From Phallusia mammillata (taxonomy: Eukaryota), in contig OZ281497.1 of assembly GCA_965637545.1 (NCBI GenBank), positions 26,908,001-26,972,000 on the forward strand: 64,000 nucleotides of DNA, read 5' to 3'. Shown here in pieces: positions 38,501 to 50,900 of the stretch. The position numbers and the translations under genes were made by a program. Position 1 is the stretch's first letter. Every line of letters begins with the position of its first letter. Below the pieces are notes generated by a model. That model saw nothing but the letters and a program-made list of their open reading frames with translations. It had not been told where the DNA came from and searched no databases.

Positions 38501-40218
38501 TCCCTTAGAATTGGATTGGTTTTTGCATTGCCCTATGCATGTCTTATCAAATACTATGATCACAAGATAATTGCATTTGGGCAAAGCAGAATCTTGACAA
38601 AAAAGTTTGACTCAAAGCTTATCAAATTGTATATTTATCAAAATATGAAACTTTGCATGCAGAAACATAGTAGAGTGTATGTGTATTGTATGGCCGAAGT
38701 GAGTAAAATCCATCCAAATGCATAACCAGAAGTTGTTTCTGTATTGTGATGGTACGAATTCTAACTAAAGTCCTTATGAGTCTTAATTTAAACTTTCCTG
38801 CGTTGCCATGTATAGGCTACCTTATTTTTTTTAGACCACTTTAACTTGGAGTAGTCTATTGTAGCCGTGCATGAAAGGTTTATTACAGGTTTGTGCAACA
38901 TTGCGGGCTTTGACCTAAAACGTGGGGTTATCACGTACGCAGTGCACCACGATAATAATAAGTTAAAACCTAATCAAAAATGTTACTTACAGCACCAGCT
39001 AATGGAAGTCCTTTAAAACTCGACACCCTAACAAGCGCGAAGGTTAAGATCCGCAAAACGGCGCGCAAGAGCACCACCGCAAGATTGTCGCTCCAGCGTT
39101 CAACTTCGGTTGGGACGGGACAACTTGTACAACAAGTCTTAAACACAATGCCAAGTTCGCCGGAATCCCACTCCAGTACGAATCGTGACGTAGCAATCGC
39201 CATTATGACGTCACGATCAAAAGCTCACGTGATACAGAGTTCAAGCGACGACGGCTCAGATGATCTCATGAACTTGTTCGTTCCTAAGAAAAAGTCGGCT
39301 CTGTCTGGTAATGAAACGGAAACTTCGAAAAACGGATCGCATTCGTCAGACGAAAAGGTCCGAAGTCTTTCGGCCGAAAAATCGACCACTTTTAAGAGGT
39401 TTTATGGAGAGTCAAAGCATCTTTCGCCGTTAAAGCCTTCTAGCAGTAGCACGTCTGATGAAAGTTCACCGAATCCCGTAACCGTTTCGGCAAAGAAGGC
39501 GACCACACCACAAAAAGCAAAGAAAAAGATAATTCAGTCCTTCTGTGGTGAAGGGATGAACCGTCATCAGCAAACTGTAGAAAAACGAGCCATGTTTTTG
39601 GAACAACTAAAAGAGAGGCGGAAAAATAGACCAGGAAAAAATAATAATTTCAAAGTCAAGAAAAAATTCGTGTCACCAAAGAAACAAACCCCGAAATCAC
39701 CCGCCAGAAAAACTGGCTTTGAATGGAAAAGTATTGAATATAACTCCACTTGTAATAGGTTAGCCGAGAAGTCATCAGTCCCAAAGAAAACTCAATCTAC
39801 CACTGCCAACACAACGCCTCCAGCCAGCCCCGAAACTTCCACACCCATGGAAACCTCACCACCAAAATCTAAAAGTACCGACAGGGAAATCCCCAAAACG
39901 AAGAACACGGCTCGCAAAACGGCCCGCCCCCCTAAGTCGCGCACCCCTAGCGATGACAGTGGCTCGATGGACATTAACCAAATTCTCGGCAACAGTCTTT
40001 TCGTTACAACGAAACCGAGTGATGCGGAACGTGACGTGGTATCGCCGGATATTTTCGAACAAAGCAAAATTGTTTCGCGCACATCTCCGTCAGTGACCTC
40101 ACATTCGCATAGTGACGTCAAAGTGAAGCGCCAAACGAGCCGAAAGACAACGAGAAGCAAACTGACGTCCACATCGTTACTTGATGACGTCAAAAGGGTT
40201 GCAGAAAATGGACGATGA
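35510..40218 (+). CDS. Unrecognised C2H2 zinc-finger protein, ~595 aa: two spaced fingers plus a long basic Ser/Thr/Lys-rich tail. Exons: 35510-35554, 36217-36329, 37002-37216, 37538-37594, 38224-38355, 38993-40218
   Basis: Phase-compatible GT-AG chain. Finger 1 LQCRLCSETFHGEGMFVESLIHLQTSH (Cx2C-x15-Hx4H); finger 2 PYLCLICNKPVLNLKIAVMHLRKRH (Cx2C-x12-Hx4H). The last exon is the 412-codon ORF 38980-40218, entered at TTACTTACAG|CA in the required phase 1. The exon 2 acceptor is the weakest part of the model. Confidence 0.72.
35795..36121. mobile_element. MULE-like MITE with four ~49-bp internal tandem units (zinc-finger gene intron 1)
   Basis: GGTCACGTCTAAAACTGCGGGCCC / GGGCCCGCAGTTTTAGACATGACCC termini; 9-bp TSD TTTCAAAAC. 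Confidence 0.88.
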
Positions 40219-40504
40219 CGTGTTTCAAACGGCACGGAATTAAAGCGAAAATTCAATGCAAGTTAGTTGTGGAATTGCCTACTCAGCGAAATTTTGCTTA
40301 TTCTTGCCAGTTTCAACCCTATACATTATACTGTTTTCTGTTGTGTTTTTTACAGTCTCAGGTTGACAACTTTTCATGATTAACATTTTTCGCTTCCTAA
40401 CTAATTGTTCCATCTGCAATTTACCACGGCGTTCTTTTCCGGCATTACTTCAACAGCAAACCGGTGTCAAGCCGACTTGTCGATTTTGATACGCCCTATG
40501 TCTT

Positions 40505-40519
40505 GAGAGAGAGAGAGAG
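40505..40519. repeat. (GA)n microsatellite in the probable 3' UTR of the zinc-finger gene
   Basis: GAGAGAGAGAGAGAG directly visible, upstream of AATAAA at ~40568. Confidence 0.85.
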
Positions 40520-41157
40520 TATCAAATTTTATATATTTGGTAATTTCCGATGCCAAAGTCGAAGGATGAATAAATGCAACTAAAAATTCAAAAAAATCAA
40601 TTACGCCGAAAAGTTTACTTTACCTTGCTTAACGACAGCACTTTTTTACACCACATTTCTATAATATAACTAAAACCTAAATTTGGACAAAAAAAATGTA
40701 AAAACCTACACAAAAATGGTTCTCATATTTTGTCACACTATTGTGGATTGATATCTAACTATATCGTCGATTTGTAGTTTAAACTTTAAACGTTTTGTAT
40801 GGATCGATCTGTTATTGTGACGAATATCTACGCTATAGCATGCTGGCATCTTGCAATAGTCTCCCAATAATGTGATGTGACTATAAGCCTGCAGTAACCT
40901 TATATAGCCAATCATTTCCTGATAGTTAAACCCCAAATTACTATTCGTTGTTTTTTTGCCTTTGATTTTTTTCGTTTTTTTACCTTTCCATTTCGCCATG
41001 CTACTGAGCTATTTTATATTTTTGGACTGGGTGAGATTTTGCGTGCTACCTCAGCTGAAATATTGTCCCTATGTGCAAATCACGTGTTTTCAGTTAACCA
41101 ATCAGGCTGCTTTAACGCCTAATGGCGAATTCTAACTGAGGTTTGGCCATAATGAAT

Positions 41158-41369
41158 GGGTAGAACTACTAAAACTGGAACTCAGCAAACGCCCTGTTTG
41201 GTAGGTGGCGCAACAGAGCATAGGCGGTAATGGTGTTGACTCGGCGATTATTCTTACCATAAACCCAAATTGCTGAGTCAGCATCATAAACGCCTATGCT
41301 TCGTTGCGCCACCTACCAGAAAATCCCAGACCGGGCCATAGCCAAATTTCAGTGTTAGTAGCTCTACCT
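41158..41369. mobile_element. Small inverted-repeat element, possibly Harbinger-like
   Basis: Outer arms GGTAGAACTACTAAAACTG / CAGTGTTAGTAGCTCTACC and inner arms GGTAGGTGGCGCAAC..AGCATAGGCG / CGCCTATGCT..GTTGCGCCACCTACC; possible AAT 3-bp TSD. Confidence 0.6.
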
Positions 41370-44300
41370 AATAAATGACTCAATTGTGGAATGAGGATAA
41401 AAATCATCATAAATAAAAACGCTTCTCTTATTAGCACATAATGTACCGAATATGGTTTGATTTTCGTTTTGAAACTTTCGTTTCTGTTATGTTTTTGTTG
41501 TTGCCAAATATTCGTTCTAAAGAAAAATAATGTTACTATTTGTATTGTGTGTTTAACTTACGCATTATCAAAAGAATTTTTGGGGGGATTGGTGCCAGTG
41601 ATAATAGACATGCTATTTTTTAAGCAGGCCCGAAATCATAGAAACACTGTCTACTGCAAGCTAGGTTCAGTCAAAGCTACGCAATCCCACAGGGCTCAAA
41701 CAAAAACTACGAAATAATGCTGCATTTCAAAACACTTTACAGTATGCTTAAGGAAGTTTGTTTGTATTTCGGACACAAGAAGAAATAAAGTGATTAGTGA
41801 ACTTTACTTGTTAAATACCTACGCCATTCAATGTCGGCCAGTCTTAGCCATTTGCTATGCAACGCGTGTGGAATAATTTATTGATCACCTGAAGAAAAGG
41901 GGAAAGTCCTTAATCCGTAGCAATGCCGTTAGTTACCGCGTAACTGCTGCATTTCTACAGCGATTAGTGACATTTCAAGGCCTTTTGTACCTTTGTCTTA
42001 GTTGTCTGCCGTAACGAAGGCCGCTTTTTCGTTCGTATTAGTTGCCTAGCGCTTTGTTGTCTATCCTTGCTAAGAAACAAGACTGTCCTGTTAATGAACT
42101 TGTTTTCCCTGAGGTAAACGACTGAGACGTCTCTCCACGCAGGTTGTATTGTTAGTTATTTGTTTTTGACACTGAGATTGGTTTAGCTGAAGGCATTTTC
42201 AAAGTTTGCTGCAATAAAACTAGCGCAAGGTTGGAAGTGTGTAAGAAATATAAAAATATTGGAATAAACTGTTGGCAGTGTATAGGGTAAAGAATCTTTT
42301 ACAACTTCTGATTACTTATGACGGTTAATTGTTGGAAAGCACATCTGAATGTATTTTGCAAGCCCAAATTTCAACAGTTTATTTCATTCAAGCTTTAATT
42401 ATACCTTCTGTTGCTTTTACTTCTGACGACCTGAACATGACAATAGCACTTGTCGAAACGTAGTCATGTTTTATACACAAATATACTGGCTCTGATATTT
42501 TTGCGAAGGTTTCATTGAATCTTTCAAAAGACATGTTTAAGCTTAAACATATTTATTTATTTCCCCGTAGCATTTTTGTGTGTTTATGTTATAGGTTACA
42601 ATCTAGCACACAAAACGCTGTCTAAGGAAACCCTAACACCAATAATGTTTTCTAAGCCCTATTAACGACATGTGTTTCCTTACTGGTGTAAAAATAAAAA
42701 TTTGTCTCATTTTTTATCTTATTTTAAACTTGCTACACAAGGTTTATTTAAAAGTGCGTTTTTCGTGCTAAAATTCTTCTTGGCACTTTCGAGTTAATCT
42801 ACGTTGCCACGGTGAATCAATCTTGATGAGATTAGGAACAAAGAACCCGAAGCACTTACTCTGTGTTACATGTGCGCATGAGTGTCAGGGTTAGCCTTTT
42901 AAACCACATTAAGTGGTTGACAGCAGAGGCATGGTAGCTGGTGGTTGTCGATTGCATGCTCGGTATATTGATTTCAATGCATTAAATATCGTTTAGGTAA
43001 AACAATTACTAGGATTTAGCCTCATTTTTTTCCACCAGTATGGAATGAAGCTCGTTTAGGTTAAAATAAAAAATTGTAATACAGTCTCAATGAGTTCAGA
43101 TGAGTTTACTTTGCTTGGTGAAAGAACACATGTCAAAACAATCATTTAAGTCCAAAACAGCTGTGTAAGGTTAAGACGTTATGAAGCGCAAAATAGTAGA
43201 TTGAACAATCGGTGGGTCATGGCTAAACGCGCTGCAACCACACCGTATTAATAGTGTTATGTGACGGGAGTTCACCAGAGAGTTAGTTTGGCGCACATTG
43301 GTATATCATGACTGGGGGAAACCTTGGCAGAACCAGTCTTGGGGGCTCTAGAATCTAACCACCAGCGTTAGGAAAAGGATGGGGTTTGACAGCAAAAGAA
43401 CAAACAATGCAAGTTAAAACAGGTGCGTGAAGCTTCTTTATTTTTTGTTTATTAATAAGTTTTTCGTCCCCCACTGAATCGGAGTTTTGTTTACTCGTCA
43501 CGCATTGTTGCCTTCACCAATAAACGCCTATCGCCCCATGTGTAGGATTTACGTATGTGATCAAAAATAGACAAATAGCTTAAACTTCGTCGTGCAAAAA
43601 AAGTTTAAACTTCTCACAAAAGGGTTTCGTAGTAGGGTTAAAATCACAATGTCACCAATTTCTGTAAATATTGTCCGGATTTGGCGCCAATTCTAGTCAC
43701 GCATCAATGCTTACCACGGTTGACTGGCGATGCTGTCAATTCCTATCAGCAAGAGCAAGAAACTTTTAACTTACCGCAAGATAGTTGCGTCTAATGCTGA
43801 CATGCAATAACAAGCAAGCCTAAGTCGGTGGTTGTAAGCAGCCAACAGTCTTGTAGAACATGGCGTAAGTGCTTGTAGTTGTGAAAGTTGAGCCTGTGTT
43901 ACATCATTAGTGGTCAAAGAACAAGGTTTTGCAAAGTGCAATAGACAGTTGACTGTAGAAGTCTGGGTAAATGCCAAAGCACTTTATGGAAGAACTGAAG
44001 GGTAGATAGAATTCAGTGAGATACAGAAGGCTTGTTTTGTGTTGGTTGTAAACTTGATTGAATGCCTTCAAAGTCAGAATCACCGCAAAGTTGTTTACTT
44101 TGTGCCTTTTTCGTTTTTCAGTAAAAAGGAACGTTAAAACAATGTAGCCTAACTGTTTAGTTTTGTTTAGTCCTGTTTATGTTTTCACAAGCACATACTT
44201 CCCACCAACCGTGAAGTATTTCGTTTACCGGATTGTAGCTGCGGTTGCCAGAGTTCTCTTAAGAAAACTGACAACAAATTATCAGCCTTAAAATAAATTA

Positions 44301-45976
44301 ATTATTCGGTCTATTTGGTGTGAAGTTGTTTGCAAATATTTGAAGATTACAAAGTTTAGGGACCAGAAACATAACTAACACTCGACTAGTACATACATTT
44401 TGACGTTTTTATGCTTCTCGAAGTCGCACTACCATTGTTGAAGCGGAAAAATGTGCTTTGGGCTGAAAACGAAAGCACGCTCAGGTGAAAATGCCGTGTT
44501 TTACTAAATTGCATTGTTTATCAGGCGACTAGAACGCCGAACAGGAAGCAGAGAAAGCACTCCAGTTTTCGATGTATTGTTGTTTTAACACCTCTCGGTG
44601 TAAGTACCGACTGATGTGACACGTAATTTGCTACTTGTGACCGTGGAAAGGTATAACTCCTTGGGGATAATGTTGCCACACGTGTTCTGAGAGAGATTAA
44701 AGCTATACATGTGTAAAGGGCATTGGCATGCGGCATAACATGCGCACTTAGGTTCAACATGGTGACAGACAAATCCCTTTTAATGACTCCCAGATGTTTC
44801 GCCGTTAGTCAGTCAACGTAGGGTATAACTGCGACAACATAATAAATGTTCCTTCGATAATACACGAAAGTGTGGTGATTTTGGTTTGTTGTATGTAATG
44901 GTTTCTAAACTTGTGACAGCAATGGAGCCTTTTTTCCAAATTAAAGGGTGCGATAGCCAAAAAAATTGAATATATTGTCTCTGCTACGAAATGCTTCATT
45001 ATTGCAAATTTTGAGCTAGTTAACCAGACGCAAATTTATTTGGGGTACACGATATAAAGTCATCATAGGTTTTCACAATGTCAAATAACGCTTATTAATT
45101 TTTGTATTCTTTTTCTCAATTACTGTTTCTCGTCCTTTTTAATTCCGAATGCGGCAAATTTTGTGATCGCGAAGGCTTCTCAAGATCACAGACACCTTCG
45201 CTATACCTTGATCTTAGGGATTTTCAAGAACTCGCGTAATCTCAATCGATTTACTCGTCAATGAATCTTTTGACTGTTATAAGCCAGTTGTTGTCAACCA
45301 GGGCTAAATATTACATGCTTATAGTGTGAAACATCAACAAGCAAAAAGTGGTGAGTTTTTCAGGATTTGTGTGTTGAAAAATAGGGGTCGATTTTAGCTT
45401 AAAAAAGAAAACGAGAGGAAAACTATTGAGAATCTTAGTCGTAACGTAATGGTCTTCTAAAGCTTTTTTGAACATGTTTACTTTCCGCCAGACTTACAAC
45501 TGGATATTTTTAGGCCCGTGTAGACTGGTGAACTTTAACATGTTTCGGGATTTGAACCCACGACAGGAGCCTTAGTGGAGTTGGTGCTGTACAAACAGAC
45601 CTGCGCAGGCTCGGTGAAAGGCCTGCCGAAAGTTTGAACCACATACAGTGCACAGTCACCTGCCGGAAATACCGCACATCTCAGCTAATGATAGTAATAT
45701 ATATCACCAGTTTAACCATTGGTCGACAGATGCAGCTACAAGATATCTCTGTGTTGTTTAACGTTGTAGTGTGATCGTTTGCTTGTGACTATATGTGTTG
45801 ATTTACCAGCCGAACCTCATGTAACACTGTGTTAACTTAAAAAGAAACAAACTTACAACATGTGTATGTTTCCGTATGTAACGTGTTTTGTGTGCTTTAT
45901 TCAACAGAACAATACCGGTAGAGAAGCCGCTGTATGTAGTTGCATAACTTTATAAAACTTGCAGTCTCAAATCAAC

Positions 45977-46175
45977 ATGTACAGCAGAAACGCGGGCAGC
46001 AGCTGTGTTAAGCAAGTCAATTACCCTAGCGACGCCATGCGACGGACACGCCCGAACCGGAGAAACCGCACATCGGCGCTAGAGAGGATTATAAACCGTT
46101 GCTTTCTGTTCCGCTGCTTAGATTTTTGCTGCATGCCCAACCCCAACGCGATGGATGATGACGACGATTTCGAAG
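45977..46175 (+). CDS. Candidate alternative first coding exon of a large unidentified gene
   Basis: ATG-initiated frame MYSRNAG...IINRCFLFRCLDFCCMPNPNAMDDDDDFE ending at donor GAAG|GTCAGT (phase 1); CpG-rich relative to its flanks. Confidence 0.5.
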
Positions 46176-47420
46176 GTCAGTAGATGTTAAGTTTGATGCA
46201 TGATTTTATTTTATTTGACAATTGAGATGTTTTGTCGTTTTGGCACATCCGGTTTATGACACAGTTAGCTAATGTTCCATTTAATTTTTTTGTGTCTTTA
46301 TATACACACAAATAAGTATGTAAGGACTTAAAATTAAATATGTGCATTTTGTACGAAGTACCCACGGAGAACATCAATTTAAACACATGCGAACAGTTTG
46401 CAATAACACAAACTCACTGTTTTAAACAGAACATCTGATTAAATTGTTTCGTTATTTTTTATTTCGTATTAATTACTTAGATTGATTCACAAGAAATTCA
46501 AGGTTATATTTTTACAGATAAAAATTTTTGCATGACTTTGTTGACTTTTGTGCTATAATATATCATATTAAAAAATCCTACCGCCGTCTTTTCTCCTAAG
46601 ACGGTCTGGTGACCTAATATTGACAAACGCAATACTCATAATCTTGCCTGTCAAAAGTTTTGATCCTAATGTAGTAATCACAAAACACAGCGATTCTGTT
46701 ACAAGCTAACGAGCTTTTGTGGACGACTCAATGAGTATTCTGATCTGTCGTTATCTCTCTATCTCTACCTCTTCCCTTCTTGCTCCGGATCAAATCCGAA
46801 ATCGATATTTCCCCTTACTTCATTAAAAAGTTACAGAAACAAACCTGTCACTGTTGTCGGTGAATACGAGGACTTTTGCTCGCATTCGGCGATTCCACGA
46901 TAAAACTAACAGGTTCTTTGCGGCGTTGATAATAGTTTCTGTAACACATTTGATAAAATACTCTGCGTTACGATCCCTCTGTGGCTTTTGTTGCCTGTGC
47001 ATTATTGATGAGTTGAAGTACATAATTAATGTCAGATGCGGTCTGCGCGAAACATCGTCCGACGCATGGACCGATACACCAGGGCAAAAATATTCAACAC
47101 ACTGATTTAGAGGTTTGGAGCCTAGGCAAGATTAGATATTGTCATCTTTAGTATCTATGTTTCACTGTAGAAAGCTCAACTGGGCGAGTTTATAAGAAGA
47201 AACAGTTGTAATTAATTTTCTTTAATTTTGAATCAAAACATTTGTAAGATGCAGTTATTGTTTTTTTTACCCAGAATCAAAATTGTCAACAAATCGCCTA
47301 TTTTAAGAAGCTGTGTTATCTTTGATATGAAACTGATAGTATGGCCAACTGTTGCGTTGAATTATAATGGTCTAAATTGACGTTACAATTACAAACATTT
47401 TAAAATTCTGAAGAGTGTGT

Positions 47421-47910
47421 CAGGGGTTGCCAAACTGCGGCTCTTTGAGCCTTTGATTGCGGCTGTTTAATGTTGCACATGCATTTCCCATCTTGCCGAG
47501 TTGTTTAATCTGATTATGAAACAATACATTCTATCACTTATTAACAATGGACTGTTTGTAATAAGTTAATGTACATTCCGAAAACCAAAAAGAACATTAT
47601 TGTACAGAAAGGTGCTATAGCTTGTGCATTGTAGTCCATTATATTGTCAGATTGAAGCTGTAAATCAGGGCTGACATTAAAAGCATTTTACATTTGTATT
47701 GCGGCTTATACTCGCAATAACTGCAAATTTAGCCATGAAAATGTCGTTGAGAAATAATTGCAAAACAAAGAAAGATAAACAAATCTAACTTGGGAAAACA
47801 AAATGGGAGGAGGAGTTTGCATTCATTGATGATGGAGGTAAACCTTTGTGTCTTATCTCTCAAGCTTCGCTCAATTTATTCGCTTTAGAACCGCACTACG
47901 ATTACAGTCA
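47421..47910 (+). pseudogene. 5' relic of a Buster/SPIN-type hAT transposon with decayed transposase start
   Basis: TIR-like CAGGGGTTGCCAAACTGCGGCTC at 47421. The frame from ATG 47741 reads MSLRNNCKTKKDKQI*LGKTKWEEEFAFIDDGGKPLCLISQASLNLFALEPHYDYSQ, resembling the KWxxxYFF..gKPvCLIC...L.RHY..H zinc-finger start of Buster/GTF2IRD2-type transposases, with a stop and a Cys loss. Confidence 0.7.
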
Positions 47911-50900
47911 AAGGGTTCCGCAATTTTTAAAATAGAATGAATAAACATTAAATAAGGCAATCAAATAATTGCACTGGGGTTCCTCGAGTCAGTAGAATGT
48001 TTACATGGGGTTTCACTCGAGCAAAAAGGTTGAAAATCACTGTCCTAATGTGTCATTAACATATAAAAATCATTGTATTATAATTTACACCACGTTATTT
48101 TATTTTTTTTGAAGTGCAATACGTGATGTTAAATCCTTTCAAGCCTATTTGTTCACGATCAAGACTAGCTGAAATTACAGCCGTGCAGATAGTCATAACT
48201 TGCTTTAAAACTTATTACCAAAAATCTCAAATAAAACGAATCGTAATCTGACATTATGTTTAAAATCAATCACAAATCTTAGCAACACAAGATAGAATGC
48301 CTTGACTTTTACCATGGACCGGCTCATTAATTTCCGCGATAACTTGCCAACTGAACGACTTGTGTGTGACGAATGCGACACGACAAACGTGAAGATATAT
48401 TAATCATTGATGAAGTTTAATTCGTGGGAATATCGATTCCATTATCAGATGAAGACCGAATTGTGTCTTCCCACTGGGCTTGTATGTCTTGGGTTGGCGC
48501 TTTCCGCTAATGATGTGTTTCAGCGTTCTTTACAAACCATAAATCCGACATAAAGATGCATAGATAGTTTACTCAAAAATACACATACAGACGGGTTGTA
48601 ATCCCTTTAGAGCAAGCCGGTTTTTGCAAACTTTTGTTGAAGATTTTTGTTTAAGATGAAGGTGTTAAATGCTCATTAAATCTGTCTATGTATTTTCAGC
48701 TATGTGAAATGTAATAAGAATCTGCAAACAAATCGATTGTTTCCATCACTTACTGAATAAGAATTAGTTTCAATCGGGGGAGTTCTTATATTTTTCTCCA
48801 TTTTTAACGTTCTACAGATACTGATCCTATTATATCATTTATTTCGCATTTGCCCAACCTAAAAGTACTCATTTTGTCGAGAAATTTTCGACCTTGCATT
48901 TTGGGGAAACTTACTAAAACAGGTTCCTACTAAAACAACGGGTCGTGACAGTGTTTGAACAATAAACCTATTGCTCTTCGCCGGTCAGTTCTGTTTTGTG
49001 TAATGCCAACAGACAAAGCCTGAGATAAAAGCAAGGCAACGTGTCGATCGTGGTGGGAGAATTGATCGAACAATTTTGTAAATCGATTTTTTAATGGCTC
49101 CTGGACTTCGTGCTACAGTGAGTTATTGGCTTTCGCGTACTATGTGGTCGAAACCTTCAGCTTAGCCCGGCTTAACAAGCTCAGAAGCCGACAATTCGTC
49201 TCTGTTACAGTAATTTAGCTCTGACTAAGGTAGTTGTTTTCATGCCATTATAGGATTTTTAGTTTTTGTCAGAGCCTTTAATGGCAAGATTTAGTGTTTT
49301 GGTTAGCGATTTTCGTTTGGTTTGGTTTGAATATTTGCTGTAAGATTGTATTGTAGTGGCATTTAATGCTATATTAAATACAGCTTGGCTTTGGATTGGC
49401 AGATTGATATTAGTAGTTGTGTGCTATCGTAACATGCGAGTTGTTAGTAAAGCAACTGACTGCACCCAGCAGGAAGTATGTTAACCTGTAATGCCCACAA
49501 GCCAACGAATTTTTTACGCGAATTTAATCAAAATTCAAGGACGTGATAAGACAATGTAAGCCGCCCTCAAATGTAAGCTACACAAACGGTAGAGTACCAA
49601 ACTTCGCGGCTTGCAAACGGACAAATACGGAATCCGTTTAATTGAATACATGACTTTATTGAGCAACAGTAAGTAAACCATAAAGGCTCAGGTTTAACGT
49701 GTATCAGGGCGAAAGCACTGGATGTAACAACTTCGTTTTGTGCGAATTACAAATGAATCAAGAAACCAACCTTTGTTGTGTTCAAACTATAAACTATCGG
49801 ACGCGTCCGAAATATCGATCTAACATTAGTTCCAATTTACAATCCGGCAATTTTTTTGTGTTTGGCGCAAAATAATTTCGTTCTGTTTTTATTTTGTCTC
49901 AATCTTGCCAGCATGTTTTAGTTTGGTAACTGTAATAAACATCCAAACGTAAGAGTTTCATTCTTAGTCAATTGATCAAAATATCTTAAAATATTGCACT
50001 TACGATGTCCAAAGGTGCCACTCTATCACGTCAGAGCACAGGTCAGTAACCAGGGCAACCAGTCGCTGACGTCAATAACTTATCTCGCGTTTAATTTCCG
50101 CCCAACCTTTTCTCGTCCCCTCCAGCCCCAAGGGAACCTTTTTCTATATCAGTCGGTTCTCTCACCTCGCTACTCCGTCACAATGACGCAAGTCTGAGTT
50201 CAAGGTTTCCCGCTTTCTTGCAAAGCACGTGGCCGAGTTCTTGAGCTCATGCGATGTGTGGATGAGATGAAAGCTTGCGTTCTTCCCGTATTGATTTTCC
50301 GTCCGTCCGATATGATATTTGTCCGAGAATGGACGTGGTTTAGATATTGGTCGCTTGTTGCCGACGCTTCCGTTGTAAGAATGTTGGTTGCTGAAGATAG
50401 TGCGAGTTATGTTGAGAAAGTGGTGTCGTTATGCTTATTTGCGAGTAGACGTCATGGAGGCACAGTAACACATTAAATGCGCTCTTATTGGCATCGTTTC
50501 GTTTTGGAAGGTGCAACTTAAGTTCGTTTTTTCCTTGTAAATGTGGTAAGTTGTTTTTCGTTTTAGAGCAATTCTTATACAGAACTTATCTCTATTTGGT
50601 GTGGCCACTGTAATTAATGACTAAGTCCCAACAATGTTTTACAAACCAATTTTGTGTTTTATGATATTGCGGGTCACTAATTTGGAATGATTTGTGATGG
50701 GAAAATACACAAACGATTCGGCCATCTAAACATTTCCAACGTAAATGCAATATCCGTTCAGTTTTGTGCTCCATCTGTAACGAAGAACTTTGTTTGAGTA
50801 AGGATTGGTGATCATCGTGCCTGGTTGTTTAGCGTTATTTTGAAATGCTTCAAAGTATGCAGAACGTTTTATTACTCTGCAGAGACATATACGTCGACCG

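Noticed and set aside
39792-40256. 154-aa minus-strand ORF (also 10715-11089, 14897-15202, 3728-4036)
   Set aside because: Antisense shadows of real coding exons with no independent splice or homology support.
47421-48042. One continuous hAT element from 47421 to 48042
   Set aside because: Flanking 8-mers (GAGTGTGT versus TCCTAATG) do not match, so the right-hand terminus probably belongs to a separate fragment.
49990-50015. TATTGCACTT resembling the start of miR-92
   Set aside because: Only the seed-side ten bases match and I see no precursor hairpin.
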